IMG/VR virus record: IMGVR_UViG_3300028596_000009
Span: 1 to 64,000 of that record
From: a virus
DNA: 64,000 nucleotides
Reading direction: 5' to 3' (one strand)
Shown: positions 39,184 through 48,566 of the stretch, one piece after another
Layout: each line of letters starts with the position of its first letter
Position numbering within the stretch: position 1 is the first letter of the stretch
Made by a program: the position numbers and the translations under genes
Notes under the pieces: model-generated
Databases searched by the model: none
Told to the model about the DNA's origin: nothing
What the model saw: the letters and a program-made list of their open reading frames with translations, nothing else

Positions 39184-39287
39184 CGTGATGTGGCCGGTGC
39201 TCGACGACTACGACTACGAAGAGCGCGACTGAACATCAGGGACCGGTCCTTCGGGGCCGGTTCCGCTTTATCGTGAGGGAACAGACG

Positions 39288-39746
39288 ATGTCAGGAGCCC
39301 TCATGGCCAGCACTTTCCAGCTCATCGGCAACTACCTGAAGCCGGACGGTTCTCCGCACAGCGGTTTCATCACCATCACCCCCGAGCCGGTCTCCGTGCA
39401 GGACTCCGGTGTGGGCGGCGTGGTCACTCTCCAGACGACGCGCATTGAACTCGACAGCGAGGGCGGCGTGTACGTCGATCTCCTCGACCCGAACGACCCG
39501 GGCCTGACGCCCGGCGGCGCGTCCGGCAATCCGTGGTCCTACTGCATCCGCGAGTCGCTTCAGGGATCGGCGGTCATCGGCTGGTGGCTGCGTCCGCAGA
39601 ACATCACGCCCGTCACCGATCTCGCCACGGTGGAAAGGTCGGATCTGACGGTGGTCCGCCCGGCGGACTGGTTCCCGCACCACTGGATCGACTCCGCCGC
39701 ACAGGCCGGACGCATCTCGCCGACGATCGGTTTCCTCAATTCCTGA
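39288..39746 (+). CDS. virion/minor-tail-like beta-sandwich protein
   Basis: G.YL.PDG.P..G.ITITP...LD..G...V.L...W.Y.IRE pattern typical of actinophage tail or appendage N-termini. Confidence 0.5.
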   Translation: MSGALMASTFQLIGNYLKPDGSPHSGFITITPEPVSVQDSGVGGVVTLQTTRIELDSEGGVYVDLLDPNDPGLTPGGASGNPWSYCIRESLQGSAVIGWWLRPQNITPVTDLATVERSDLTVVRPADWFPHHWIDSAAQAGRISPTIGFLNS

Positions 39747-39867
39747 GAAGCGGAAGGGGAACACGACCGACTCCCTCTGAAGCCGTGTTCCCCTCCTATC
39801 GCTTCGAGCTGCCTGAGCGATGGGACGATTGGATCATCTGGAATCGCTTAAGGCAAAGGAGTGCACG

Positions 39868-40377
39868 GTGACGTCCTACCCGAATGTGTGCGGTGGCTAC
39901 GGAATTCCCGGACCGCCTGGACCGCCCGGCGCTCCACTCGCCGCGACCGGCGCCGCCCTGTATCTGACCTCTCCGGTGTCCGGCATCACGACCGGTGTGC
40001 CGACACTCCTGTCCCCGATCGCGGTGGAGTACGAGCACGGCGTGGTGGACACAGAGACGTCGCCGCTCGCTGTGCTGCTCTCCATCCCGGGCCTGTACCT
40101 CGTGGAGGCGAGGGTGGTGTGGACCGAAGATCCCGGCGAGGTCGCCGAGGGCACGGTGCGGACGATGACGGTCAGCCTGCCCGACGGCGTGGTGCCGACA
40201 CTGACCCGTTCCTCCGGAGGTTCGACCACGACGCAGAGCTTCACGCGGGTGATCGAGGTTCTCTCGCCCGGCGCCGTCGGCATGCTGTCGGTTTCGCACA
40301 TGTCGGCCGAGACGCTGTCGGTGGCCTCGGCCCGGTTCAGCGTGACTCTGCTCGGTGAGGTGGAAGGGCCGTCCTGA
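39868..40377 (+). CDS. collagen-like repeat plus C1q/BclA-like C-terminal domain protein
   Basis: GIPGPPGPPGAP; PGLYLVEARV jelly-roll motif. Confidence 0.55.
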   Translation: MTSYPNVCGGYGIPGPPGPPGAPLAATGAALYLTSPVSGITTGVPTLLSPIAVEYEHGVVDTETSPLAVLLSIPGLYLVEARVVWTEDPGEVAEGTVRTMTVSLPDGVVPTLTRSSGGSTTTQSFTRVIEVLSPGAVGMLSVSHMSAETLSVASARFSVTLLGEVEGPS

Positions 40378-40494
40378 CCAGCATGTTCTGATCCGTCAAC
40401 AGCCCTCGTTTCCGGGGGCTGTTCTGCTTCCTAGGGGCGTTGTCAGTGGCGGGTGAGAGAGTGGAACCACTGCCTGAGGGAAGGGGAAAACACC

Positions 40495-41556
40495 ATGGCG
40501 GGGAACCAGAACTACATCAACCACGTCGCGCTCGTCCTCGACGCCAGCATCTCGATGGCGCACCTGAGCCGGAAGGTGATCGAGGTCGCCGACCAGCAGA
40601 TCACGTACCTGGCCCGCCGTTCCCAGGAGCTGGACCAGGAGACCCGGGTCACCGTGTACGTCTTCGACGACGAGGTGCAGTGCGTGGTCTACGACAAGGA
40701 CGTGCTGCGGATGCCGTCCATCGCCACCCTGTACCGGCCGAGGGGGAACACCGCTCTGCTCGCCGCCACCCTGAAGTCGCAGGCGGAGCTGGCGGAGACG
40801 GCGCAGCGGTACGGTGACCACTCGTTCCTCACCTTCGTCCTGACCGACGGCCAGGAGAACAGCTCCCACCGCGCCGAGGGCTACCGTCACCTCATGCAGC
40901 ACCAGCTCCGGGCGGAGGTGGCGCAGATGATCCAGACGCAGGACGACAACTGGACGCTGGCCGTTCTCGTGCCGGACCAGATGGGCAAGCGTGAGGCCAT
41001 GCAGTGCGGCTTCCCGAAGGACAACATCGCCATCTGGGATGCGACCTCGACGCGCGGCATGGAGGAGGCCGGGGAGGTCATCAAGCAGGCCACCGAGAAC
41101 TTCATGCAGGCGCGCACGCGCGGCATCCGGGGCACGAAGTCGGTGTTCTCCAACGGCGCTGAGGCCGTCAACGCGAAGACGATCCAGTCGGCCGGTCTGA
41201 AGGCCGTGGACCCGAAGTCGTTCATGCTGGTGCACGCCACGAACGACGGCGTGATGCGCAACCCGGCGATCCGCGAGTGGGTCATGAACGAGGCCGGGCA
41301 CACGTACCGGACGGGGATGGCCTACTACGAGCTGACGAAGTCGGAGAAGATCCAGCCGCAGAAGTCGGTGATGGTGATGGACAAGAAGACGAAGAAGGTC
41401 TACGGCGGCGAGGAGGCCCGAAACCTGCTGGGCCTGCCGGACATGGAGGTCCGCGTGAAGCCGGACTTCAACCCGGACTTCAAGATCTTCGTGCAGTCCA
41501 CTTCCACGAACCGGAAGCTGGTGGGCAACACTCAGGTTCTGCTCATGACTCGATGA
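40495..41556 (+). CDS. vWA (MIDAS) domain protein
   Basis: LVLDASISM (DxSxS), GNTAL, VLTDGQEN. Confidence 0.9.
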   Translation: MAGNQNYINHVALVLDASISMAHLSRKVIEVADQQITYLARRSQELDQETRVTVYVFDDEVQCVVYDKDVLRMPSIATLYRPRGNTALLAATLKSQAELAETAQRYGDHSFLTFVLTDGQENSSHRAEGYRHLMQHQLRAEVAQMIQTQDDNWTLAVLVPDQMGKREAMQCGFPKDNIAIWDATSTRGMEEAGEVIKQATENFMQARTRGIRGTKSVFSNGAEAVNAKTIQSAGLKAVDPKSFMLVHATNDGVMRNPAIREWVMNEAGHTYRTGMAYYELTKSEKIQPQKSVMVMDKKTKKVYGGEEARNLLGLPDMEVRVKPDFNPDFKIFVQSTSTNRKLVGNTQVLLMTR

Positions 41557-41581
41557 GCAGTTGCATGGAAAGGAGAGAAAG

Positions 41582-41860
41582 ATGCAGGACGCCGAGGCGA
41601 GGGTTCGCAAGGCTCTGAAGGTGCTGATGGAGGACGGCTCGATCGATGGCGCACACCACAAGATGTGGGTGATCGACCAGGCGGTTCGTGCACTGACCGG
41701 ATGCCCGGAGGAGATCGTGAAGGTCATGACGAGTGCCGGTACGGAGCGTACGTACGAGGAGCTGGGTGAGTCCGAGGAGTACCGGCTTCTGATCGCCGAC
41801 TTCTGCAACGGTGAGGAAGGGCCGGAGACGTACACGTGGGACACCGGCATCGAGCCGTGA
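41582..41860 (+). CDS. conserved phage protein (IDGAHHK.WV.DQ)
   Basis: RBS; motif. Confidence 0.7.
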   Translation: MQDAEARVRKALKVLMEDGSIDGAHHKMWVIDQAVRALTGCPEEIVKVMTSAGTERTYEELGESEEYRLLIADFCNGEEGPETYTWDTGIEP

Positions 41861-41882
41861 ACACCTCGGAAAGGGGAAGGAA

Positions 41883-42329
41883 ATGATCCACCCGGCGAAC
41901 AGGATGCTGTCGACGAGCAGGTCTCTCGACATGGAGGAGAAGGTCGAAAGCCTTGAGAATGAACAGGAACGGCTGAAGGTCCTGACGGAACCGGTCAGGG
42001 CGATCGTCGAGATCCCCATGGAGAATCTTCCCGACAGTGACAGCCGGTGGGACAAGGTCTCCGAGGCTTCGGCCTGTCTGGGTATGATCGCTGACGAGCT
42101 TCGCGGGAGGCACGATCACACCATCAAGGGCTTCTACACCCTCGGCAGGGTGACCATCTCGCATGAGCTGTGGGCGCTGGCTCTCGACGGAGCGGACGCG
42201 CTGATCAAGGCGCACAACCATCCGGACATCTCGGCGGGATGGAGCCTGGAGAAGCAGCACAAAGAGCATCTGGGAGAGGTGAGGCGCACGCGGCGACAGA
42301 TCCTCTCCAGGGAGCCGGTAACCAGGTAG
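41883..42329 (+). CDS. hypothetical protein
   Basis: RBS. Confidence 0.7.
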   Translation: MIHPANRMLSTSRSLDMEEKVESLENEQERLKVLTEPVRAIVEIPMENLPDSDSRWDKVSEASACLGMIADELRGRHDHTIKGFYTLGRVTISHELWALALDGADALIKAHNHPDISAGWSLEKQHKEHLGEVRRTRRQILSREPVTR

Positions 42330-42371
42330 CCTGAGTCTGCGCGACCAACGCACTGGCACTCATGCCACGCT

Positions 42372-42403
42372 AAGGGGCCTCCACGACGGTGGGGGCCCTT
42401 TTT
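42372..42403. terminator. Intrinsic terminator between convergent genes
   Basis: AAGGGGCCTCCAC-loop-GTGGGGGCCC-TTTTT. Confidence 0.75.
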
Positions 42404-42409
42404 CGGTTG

Positions 42410-42871
42410 TCACTTCGTGGTCGCCGTGACATCCATGTCGGGGTACCTGGACTTCACCTTACGAACGAGCTGGACGTACTTCTCTCGCGGAAGGAACTGC
42501 TGACCACGAGAGAGGGCAGATCTGGCGCGGGCAGGCGTATCGATCGGGTAAGAGCGATCCTCAGGGAAGGCGAACTTGGTGGACGACAGGGCGTTGCGGC
42601 GCTTGGCGTTGAGAGGCGCCTCGCACATCTCGCTGTCCCAGTCGTCCCAGTCGTTGTCCATGCTGTGACCGCCCATGTGCCGGTCGTCGCGGGGCGCGAA
42701 GTACTGGAGCAGGAAGGCGAGGTCGTCCGAGCTGATGGACTCGGTGATGTTGGAGTTGACCGCCTCGCGGGGGCGGATCTGCGGATCGGTGACAGGCTGC
42801 GGCGCTCGCTGCGGAGGTGCCGTACGGGCCTTCGCCATGTAGGCGAGTGACTGTGCGTCGTATCCGTTCAT
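42410..42871 (-). CDS. DUF6582-like protein
   Basis: R..L....FAFP..R.YPI....ARSAL.R motif. Confidence 0.6.
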   Translation of the reverse strand: MNGYDAQSLAYMAKARTAPPQRAPQPVTDPQIRPREAVNSNITESISSDDLAFLLQYFAPRDDRHMGGHSMDNDWDDWDSEMCEAPLNAKRRNALSSTKFAFPEDRSYPIDTPARARSALSRGQQFLPREKYVQLVRKVKSRYPDMDVTATTK

Positions 42872-42906
42872 GTCCCAAAGGTAAGGCTCTGGAATACGAT
42901 ACGGCT

Positions 42907-43617
42907 ATGGCCGATTTCATCATGATCATCCCCACCAGGGGACGCCCGCACGCTGTCCGTCAGCTCGCCGAGGCTTTCTCCCTGGCGTGCACCGCTGACA
43001 CCTGTCTTCTCATAGCCGTGGACAGCGACGATCCCGAACTTCCCGCCTATGAAGAGGCGGTGGTTTCCTCCCGCGAGGTGTTCGCCGGAATCGACCTGAC
43101 CGTGCGCCCGACGCCCGGCAACATGGCGACCGCGCTGAACATGGCGGTCGAGGTGGCGCTCAACGACTATCCGGACGCCAAGGCGTTCGGCTTCATGGGC
43201 GACGACCACCGCCCGAGGACGACTTCATGGGACGCGCGTTATCTGGAGACGCTGGTCGGCACTCCCGGAATCGTGTACGGAAACGACCTGATTCACGGAG
43301 TGAATCTGCCGACGCAGTTCGCGGTTTCCGGCGAGGTCGTCCGAGCGCTGAAGTTCATGTCCCCGGCGGGGCTGCGGCACATGTACATCGACAACTACTG
43401 GCGGGACATCGGACGCCTGACGAAGAGCCTGACGTACGTCTCGGACGTGGTGGTCGAGCACATGCACCCGGTGGCCTCGAAGTCGGAGTACGACGAGGGC
43501 TACGAGCGGGTGAACGCGCCGGAGGTCTTCGCGCACGACGCGGCGGTGTACGAGAAGTACATGAAGGAGCGGTCCGACGCCGATGTGGCGACGATCCTGA
43601 CGGCGATCGGCCGGTGA
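42907..43617 (+). CDS. GT-A (GT2-like) glycosyltransferase
   Basis: IIPTRGRP, IAVDSDD, FMGDD, VEHMHP. Confidence 0.8.
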   Translation: MADFIMIIPTRGRPHAVRQLAEAFSLACTADTCLLIAVDSDDPELPAYEEAVVSSREVFAGIDLTVRPTPGNMATALNMAVEVALNDYPDAKAFGFMGDDHRPRTTSWDARYLETLVGTPGIVYGNDLIHGVNLPTQFAVSGEVVRALKFMSPAGLRHMYIDNYWRDIGRLTKSLTYVSDVVVEHMHPVASKSEYDEGYERVNAPEVFAHDAAVYEKYMKERSDADVATILTAIGR

Positions 43618-44165
43618 TCAGGCTTCGGCCGAGGTGGTCGGACGAGGATCTGAAGAGGATCTACGCCCGGCCGCACGACCACCGGAAGTGGCGTGACCAT
43701 CATCTGCGGATCGGCGTGACGACGGCAGTCGGCGTATGGATGGCGGATCAGGGTCTCGGATCGGCGGCCGACCTGTCGTGCGGGAACGGCGCCGTGCTGA
43801 ACGCGGTGAAGTCGACAACGAAGTTCTACGGCGACTACGCGCCGGGGCACAGGTACACGGGCCCGATCGAGCAGACGGTGGAGCAGATCCCGCATGTGGA
43901 CCTGTTCATCTGCTGCGAGACGCTGGAGCACCTGGACGATCCCCTGTCGGTACTGGAGCAGATCCGGGCGAAGGCTTCGATGATCCTTCTGTCGACGCCG
44001 GTGGACAATTGGGGCGACACAAACGAAGAGCACTACTGGTCCTGGTCGAAGAGCGACGTAGACGGACTGCTTACGAAGGCCGGGTTCCGGCACTGGCTGT
44101 ACACCGAAGTGGATCCGCGCCCGAGCGAGGGCCCCTACAAGTACGGAATATGGGGTTGGCGATGA
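43614..44165 (+). CDS. class I SAM-dependent methyltransferase
   Basis: DLSCGNG; DLFICCETLEHLDDP; LSTP. Confidence 0.8.
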   Translation: MIRLRPRWSDEDLKRIYARPHDHRKWRDHHLRIGVTTAVGVWMADQGLGSAADLSCGNGAVLNAVKSTTKFYGDYAPGHRYTGPIEQTVEQIPHVDLFICCETLEHLDDPLSVLEQIRAKASMILLSTPVDNWGDTNEEHYWSWSKSDVDGLLTKAGFRHWLYTEVDPRPSEGPYKYGIWGWR

Positions 44166-45046
44166 AGAAGGCACTGGTGACGGGCTCGACGGGGTTCGTC
44201 GGTCGGCACATGACCGAGGCCCTGACCAAGAAAGGCTACGAGGTGGCGCTGTGCGACATCGCGGATGCGCCTCCCAGGGATGCTCTGGATCTCTTCCATG
44301 AGGACACCACGGTCTACGACCTGGTGGTCCACGCGGCGGCCACGGCTCCGCACCGGATGGCGATCGACAACGTGCCGCTGAACCTGGTCTACGACGCCCA
44401 CCTGGACGCAGCCATGTTCGAGTGGGCGGTGCACACGAAGCAGAAGCACGTCGTGTACCTGTCCTCGTCGGCGGCTTACCCCGTGGAGTTGCAGAGGCGC
44501 GGGCTGACGGACCGGCTGCGGGAAGGCGACATCGACCACACTCGTCCGGAGCCGGGTGACGCGGCGTACGGCACGGTGAAGCTGATGGGCGAGAAGATGG
44601 CCCGCGAGGTGGACCGGTCCGGCCTTCCGGTGACCGTGGTCCGCCCGTTCTCCGGATACGGCGAGGACCAGGGGGAGAACTGGCCGTTCGGCGCGTTCAT
44701 CGGCCGGGCGCTGCGCCGCGAGGACCCGTTCACGATCTGGGGCGATGGTTCGCAGACGCGGGACTGGGTGCACATCGACGACGTCGTGGGTGCGATTCTG
44801 GCGCTGGTCGACGAGCAGGTCTACGGGCCGGTGAACCTGTGCACAGGGGTCGGTACCTCGATGGTGGAGGTCGTCCGTGAGGTGTGCAGGCAGGTCGGTC
44901 ACGAGCCCGCCTTCGACATGAAACTGGATGCGCCGGAGGGTGTGCACTACCGGGTCGGTGATCCGGCGCTGCTGAACCAGTACTACATGCCGAAGGTGTC
45001 GCTGGAGGAGGGCATCGCGCGGGCGCTCAGCGCACGAGGGAAGTGA
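44162..45046 (+). CDS. NAD-dependent nucleotide-sugar epimerase/dehydratase
   Basis: VTGSTGFVG, SSSAAY, YGTVK, RPFSGYG, GDGSQTRDWVHIDD. Confidence 0.92.
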   Translation: MKKALVTGSTGFVGRHMTEALTKKGYEVALCDIADAPPRDALDLFHEDTTVYDLVVHAAATAPHRMAIDNVPLNLVYDAHLDAAMFEWAVHTKQKHVVYLSSSAAYPVELQRRGLTDRLREGDIDHTRPEPGDAAYGTVKLMGEKMAREVDRSGLPVTVVRPFSGYGEDQGENWPFGAFIGRALRREDPFTIWGDGSQTRDWVHIDDVVGAILALVDEQVYGPVNLCTGVGTSMVEVVREVCRQVGHEPAFDMKLDAPEGVHYRVGDPALLNQYYMPKVSLEEGIARALSARGK

Positions 45047-45968
45047 CCGGGCCGTAGTCGGCGTCGAGGTCGGCCCACGTGTAGTCGCGGGTGATCTCGT
45101 CGGAGAGGGCGTTGAGGTCTTCGGCCTTGAGGCTGAGCAGGTGGTGCGCCCTCTCCTCGACGGTTCCGGTGAGTTCGTTGCCGTGGCGGTGCGGCCCGTT
45201 GTTGATGCCGTCGCGGGTGTTCTCGTTGTTGCAGGCTCCTCCAGCACAAGGGGCGCTGACGTACCCGGCGTGGTAGGCCCGGTTGACGACCGGGTACACG
45301 GTGGTGAGGTTCATCCGGCGCCGGACGCGGCCGAAGGCTCCGTCGATCCCAGCCCATTCGTGGGGCCCGCAGGGGTGGTCGCGGAACACGCGGGCGTTGT
45401 AGGCGACCATGTCGTCCAGGTAGCTGAGTGGCAGCCACTTGAGGATCCTGGCCAGCATCTCGGTGCGAAAGCTGATGGCGACGGTGGGGGCGTAGGGCCT
45501 GAGGGTGGCGAGGCTGTGGTCGGAGGGGTGGAACGGCATCTTGGGCTGCGGCGTGTAGGCGGTGGTGCAAAACGCCTGGGGGTTCAGCCGGTGCGCGGTG
45601 CGGTGGTAGTCGAAGTAGTGCTTGTTGATGAAGATGTCGTCCTCGATGGAGTGGACGAACTCGGCGCCGTACTCCATCGACTCGTGCAGGGCACACAGGA
45701 TGTTCCGGGTGGGGCCGGGATTGTGGTGCGGTTCCCGTTCGATGAGTTCGACGTTGTCGGCGCCGACGGCTTCGGCGAATTTCCCGATGGGCGGGTAGAT
45801 CTCGTCGTCGGCACCGTGGTCGATGTTGATCCGGTAGTGGATGCCAGTTCGGTGTGCGAGGGCGAGTCGAATCAAGGTGGCGCGCAGGAAGTCGGGCCTT
45901 CGCCAGGCGATGACGTTCACGACTTCGGTGGGGCCCGCTTTCGGGTACGTGACATGATTGATCGACAT
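45027..45968 (-). CDS. GT-A glycosyltransferase, GnT-I/GT13-like
   Basis: VIAWRRPDFL, IEDDI...YFDY, YPVVNRAYHAG; paralog of 49877. Confidence 0.7.
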   Translation of the reverse strand: MSINHVTYPKAGPTEVVNVIAWRRPDFLRATLIRLALAHRTGIHYRINIDHGADDEIYPPIGKFAEAVGADNVELIEREPHHNPGPTRNILCALHESMEYGAEFVHSIEDDIFINKHYFDYHRTAHRLNPQAFCTTAYTPQPKMPFHPSDHSLATLRPYAPTVAISFRTEMLARILKWLPLSYLDDMVAYNARVFRDHPCGPHEWAGIDGAFGRVRRRMNLTTVYPVVNRAYHAGYVSAPCAGGACNNENTRDGINNGPHRHGNELTGTVEERAHHLLSLKAEDLNALSDEITRDYTWADLDADYGPVTSLVR

Positions 45969-45995
45969 CGCCCAACCCTAGCTGTGGGGTCCGAC

Positions 45996-46319
45996 ATGAG
46001 CCTGATCGATGTTTCTCCTGCGGTGATGGCCCGGCGCCTGACCGAACTGGCCGGACCGTCCCTGGTGTTCTTCCACAAACAGGGCTGTTCTCCATGTGCC
46101 GCCGTGATGCCGCAGGTGCGTGAGGTGGCGGGCCGTTTCCCCGGGGTCGACGTGTTCACGGTGGACGTGACGGATTCGCAGGCCGGTGTGGAGGGTTACA
46201 CGGGGTCCGGCACACCGCTGGTGGTGCTGTTCGACGCGCGGGGCCTGGAGGAGTGGCGCTGGCGCGGGGGTTCAGTGACGGCGGACAAAATGGCCGCGCA
46301 GATCGAGGAGGTCGTGTGA
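45996..46319 (+). CDS. thioredoxin-like protein
   Basis: LVFFHKQGCSPC; cis-Pro GTP. Confidence 0.8.
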   Translation: MSLIDVSPAVMARRLTELAGPSLVFFHKQGCSPCAAVMPQVREVAGRFPGVDVFTVDVTDSQAGVEGYTGSGTPLVVLFDARGLEEWRWRGGSVTADKMAAQIEEVV

Positions 46320-46453
46320 GCGTGACGACGGCTCTGGTGCTGGTGGTCGGGATCCTGGGCGTGACCCTGTCGATGGTGGTGGGTGTGGCGGCCCGGTCTG
46401 CGGTGAGGATCGCAGAGATCCGGCGCGGTCAGGATCCGGCGCGGCGCACCTGA
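46316..46453 (+). CDS. small membrane protein
   Basis: Single TM helix; GTGA overlap. Confidence 0.5.
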   Translation: MSVTTALVLVVGILGVTLSMVVGVAARSAVRIAEIRRGQDPARRT

Positions 46454-46620
46454 CGGACTCGGCCGCCCTGTGCCATCCTGGTGTCCGCAGGATCCCATGT
46501 TCCTCTCGGTGGTGCTCAGGGGCTCCTGCTCTCCTCGGACCCTCGGCTTCGGCCGGGGGTTTCCGTGTGTCCGGGCATGGAAAAACCCGGCCCTCGAAGG
46601 ACCGGGCTGGTAGGCGGAGT

Positions 46621-47094
46621 TCAGTCCTTGGACTTCTCCAGTTTCTCGTTGCGGGCCCTGGCGTAACGCATGATGTCCATCGGCCGGTAGAGCGGCGTGC
46701 CGTCCTGGAGGTGCATGACCACCTCAGGGAAGTCGGGGTCCTTCTTGGCAAGCTGGGCCACGCGCTGACGGGATACGCCGAGCCAGAAGGCGATGCTGCT
46801 CTGCTTCTCCAGGTCGTCCGTCTCGGTCGGCTGCTCGTAGTCCTTGATCTCCATGTGGGCGATCGGCTCGTCGCCGTGGCCGACGGTCGAGAGGTACTTC
46901 CGTGCCTGCTCGGCGGCGGTCCTGGTGACCTCGTCGAGGGTGTCGGCGTCCTGTTCCCACATGAGAGTGAAGGACTTGAGCGGCCCGTTGTAGGTCAGGC
47001 CGCTTCCGGTGACCCCCATCAGTGCGCTGATCTTGTCGTCGTCCATGTCCTCGGGGAACGGGGCGAAGGTGACGCTTACGGCCCAGTTGGGCAT
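46621..47094 (-). CDS. HTH (AlpA/Xis-like) DNA-binding protein
   Basis: IAFWLGVSRQRVAQL....DFP. Confidence 0.75.
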   Translation of the reverse strand: MPNWAVSVTFAPFPEDMDDDKISALMGVTGSGLTYNGPLKSFTLMWEQDADTLDEVTRTAAEQARKYLSTVGHGDEPIAHMEIKDYEQPTETDDLEKQSSIAFWLGVSRQRVAQLAKKDPDFPEVVMHLQDGTPLYRPMDIMRYARARNEKLEKSKD

Positions 47095-47326
47095 GCGAGT
47101 CCTTTGTCGGTCGGATGACTTCGACGGGACCGTATCGAGGGGGTTGCATGGACGTCAAGCCCCTGCAAGGAGAAGCCGCCCCGTCTGTCGCACAAGGCGG
47201 CTTTCCCGTACCACCAGGTCCCGGCAAGGACATGGTGTTTCCTGCTGGCCTGGCAACGGAGAAGGCCCACTCGCACAGTACAGATTCAGGTGGTGGTCGT
47301 CCAACTCCTTGGTTTGTTCGGGGAGA

Positions 47327-47521
47327 TCAGTCGCACCCTCCGCCGGAGGAGCCGGAGTCCGACGAGCTGGACGAGGAGCAGTCGGAGGACGACGAGGAGC
47401 TGAACAGGTTGCCGGTCGAGGCGAAGTGGCTGGCCTCGTCGGTGTAGGTGGTGGTCGGCCGGTACCCGTTCCGGCGCTTGCGGGCCTCTTCTTCGCGCTT
47501 GGCGCGCTCGTTCTTGGTCAT
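47327..47521 (-). CDS. small Ser-rich protein
   Basis: Basic N-terminus; SSSS-D-GG tail. Confidence 0.5.
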   Translation of the reverse strand: MTKNERAKREEEARKRRNGYRPTTTYTDEASHFASTGNLFSSSSSSDCSSSSSSDSGSSGGGCD

Positions 47522-47660
47522 GTGACGAGGATGCCCGTCCCGGCGGGGACTCCATACTCCTCTTGAGCTAGTTCAGAGGTACGGTTCTGTGTGGAATCGG
47601 GTGTGGTCGGTGACGCGTAGTCTGGCCTTCTCCCCGTCGTCAACGAAAGGATGAAAGCCG

Positions 47661-48566
47661 GTGAGTTCACCGACCGTCCACCTGATCAGCAACGACAACG
47701 GCGTGGGCCTGAGCACCGACATGCAGCTCCTGGAGGACATGCTCACCGCAGCCGGATATGCGGTGCGGCGGTTCCACTGGAAGCAGACGGTCATGCCGCG
47801 CTGCGACATAGCCATTTTCCTGGAGCTGTACAACCACGCTCTGGCCAGGTACGCCGACAAGAAGATCGGCATTTTCAACCTGGAATGGTTTCCCGTCGTC
47901 TGGCGCCCTTACCTGAAAACGTTCGACCAGCTCTGGGCCAAGTCGCTGGAGGCGCAGGATGTTTACCGGCGCTACGGTCTCCCGGCGCATCTGACGGGCT
48001 TCATGACGCGCGACCTGTACGACCCGTCGGTGAAGAAGAAGCCGCACTGCCTGCACCTGCGGGGCAAGTCGTCACTGAAGGGCACCGAAGCGGTGCTGTC
48101 GGCGTGGCAGACACACAAGGATCTCCCGCCGCTCACGATCATCTCCGCCGATCCGCTGAAGGTCCCGGCCAACGTTCGTGTGCTGCCGAGGATCCCGCAG
48201 GAAGCCCTCGTGCAGGAGATGAACTCCCACGCAATCCACGTGTGCCCCTCGAAGTCGGAGGGCTGGGGCCACTACATCACCGAGGGCATGTCGACCGGCG
48301 CGCTGGTGGTGACGACCAACGCCTCGCCGATGAGCGACCACGTCCAGCCCGGCCGGGGCTTCCTGGTTCCGGTGCGCGGGGGGATGGCCCGGCACATGGC
48401 CCGCGAATATCACGTGGCGGCCGACGACCTCGCGGACACGGTTCGCCTGGCCTCTTCCCTTCACCCGGCACACCGCCACTCGGTGTCCACCCAGGCGCGG
48501 CAGTACACGCTCGACGCCACCGCCGCCTTCCAGATGAAGGCGCTGGAACTCCTGAAGGAGCTGTGA
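47661..48566 (+). CDS. GT-B (GT4-like) glycosyltransferase
   Basis: CPSKSEGWGHYITEGMSTG (E-x7-E motif). Confidence 0.85.
   Translation: MSSPTVHLISNDNGVGLSTDMQLLEDMLTAAGYAVRRFHWKQTVMPRCDIAIFLELYNHALARYADKKIGIFNLEWFPVVWRPYLKTFDQLWAKSLEAQDVYRRYGLPAHLTGFMTRDLYDPSVKKKPHCLHLRGKSSLKGTEAVLSAWQTHKDLPPLTIISADPLKVPANVRVLPRIPQEALVQEMNSHAIHVCPSKSEGWGHYITEGMSTGALVVTTNASPMSDHVQPGRGFLVPVRGGMARHMAREYHVAADDLADTVRLASSLHPAHRHSVSTQARQYTLDATAAFQMKALELLKEL

Larger units (their letters stand above)
128..39272 (+). repeat. Dispersed intergenic stem-loop/TTATC element family (about 30 copies)
   Basis: TTATC at 128,1385,2130,2983,3935,4418,4958,5992,6590,7031,7779,8345,9700,11260,12100,13094,13677,14630,14648,15747,16112,16657,21276,23683,25903,27178,27796,30162,31947,35232,35599,39268, plus CTATC variants at 1651,5210,9297. 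Almost all lie between a stop codon and the next RBS, mostly at the base of an inverted repeat. Confidence 0.9.

Noticed and set aside
128-39272. TTATC elements as a CRISPR array
   Set aside because: Repeats are variable, irregularly spaced and separated by whole genes; no cas genes.
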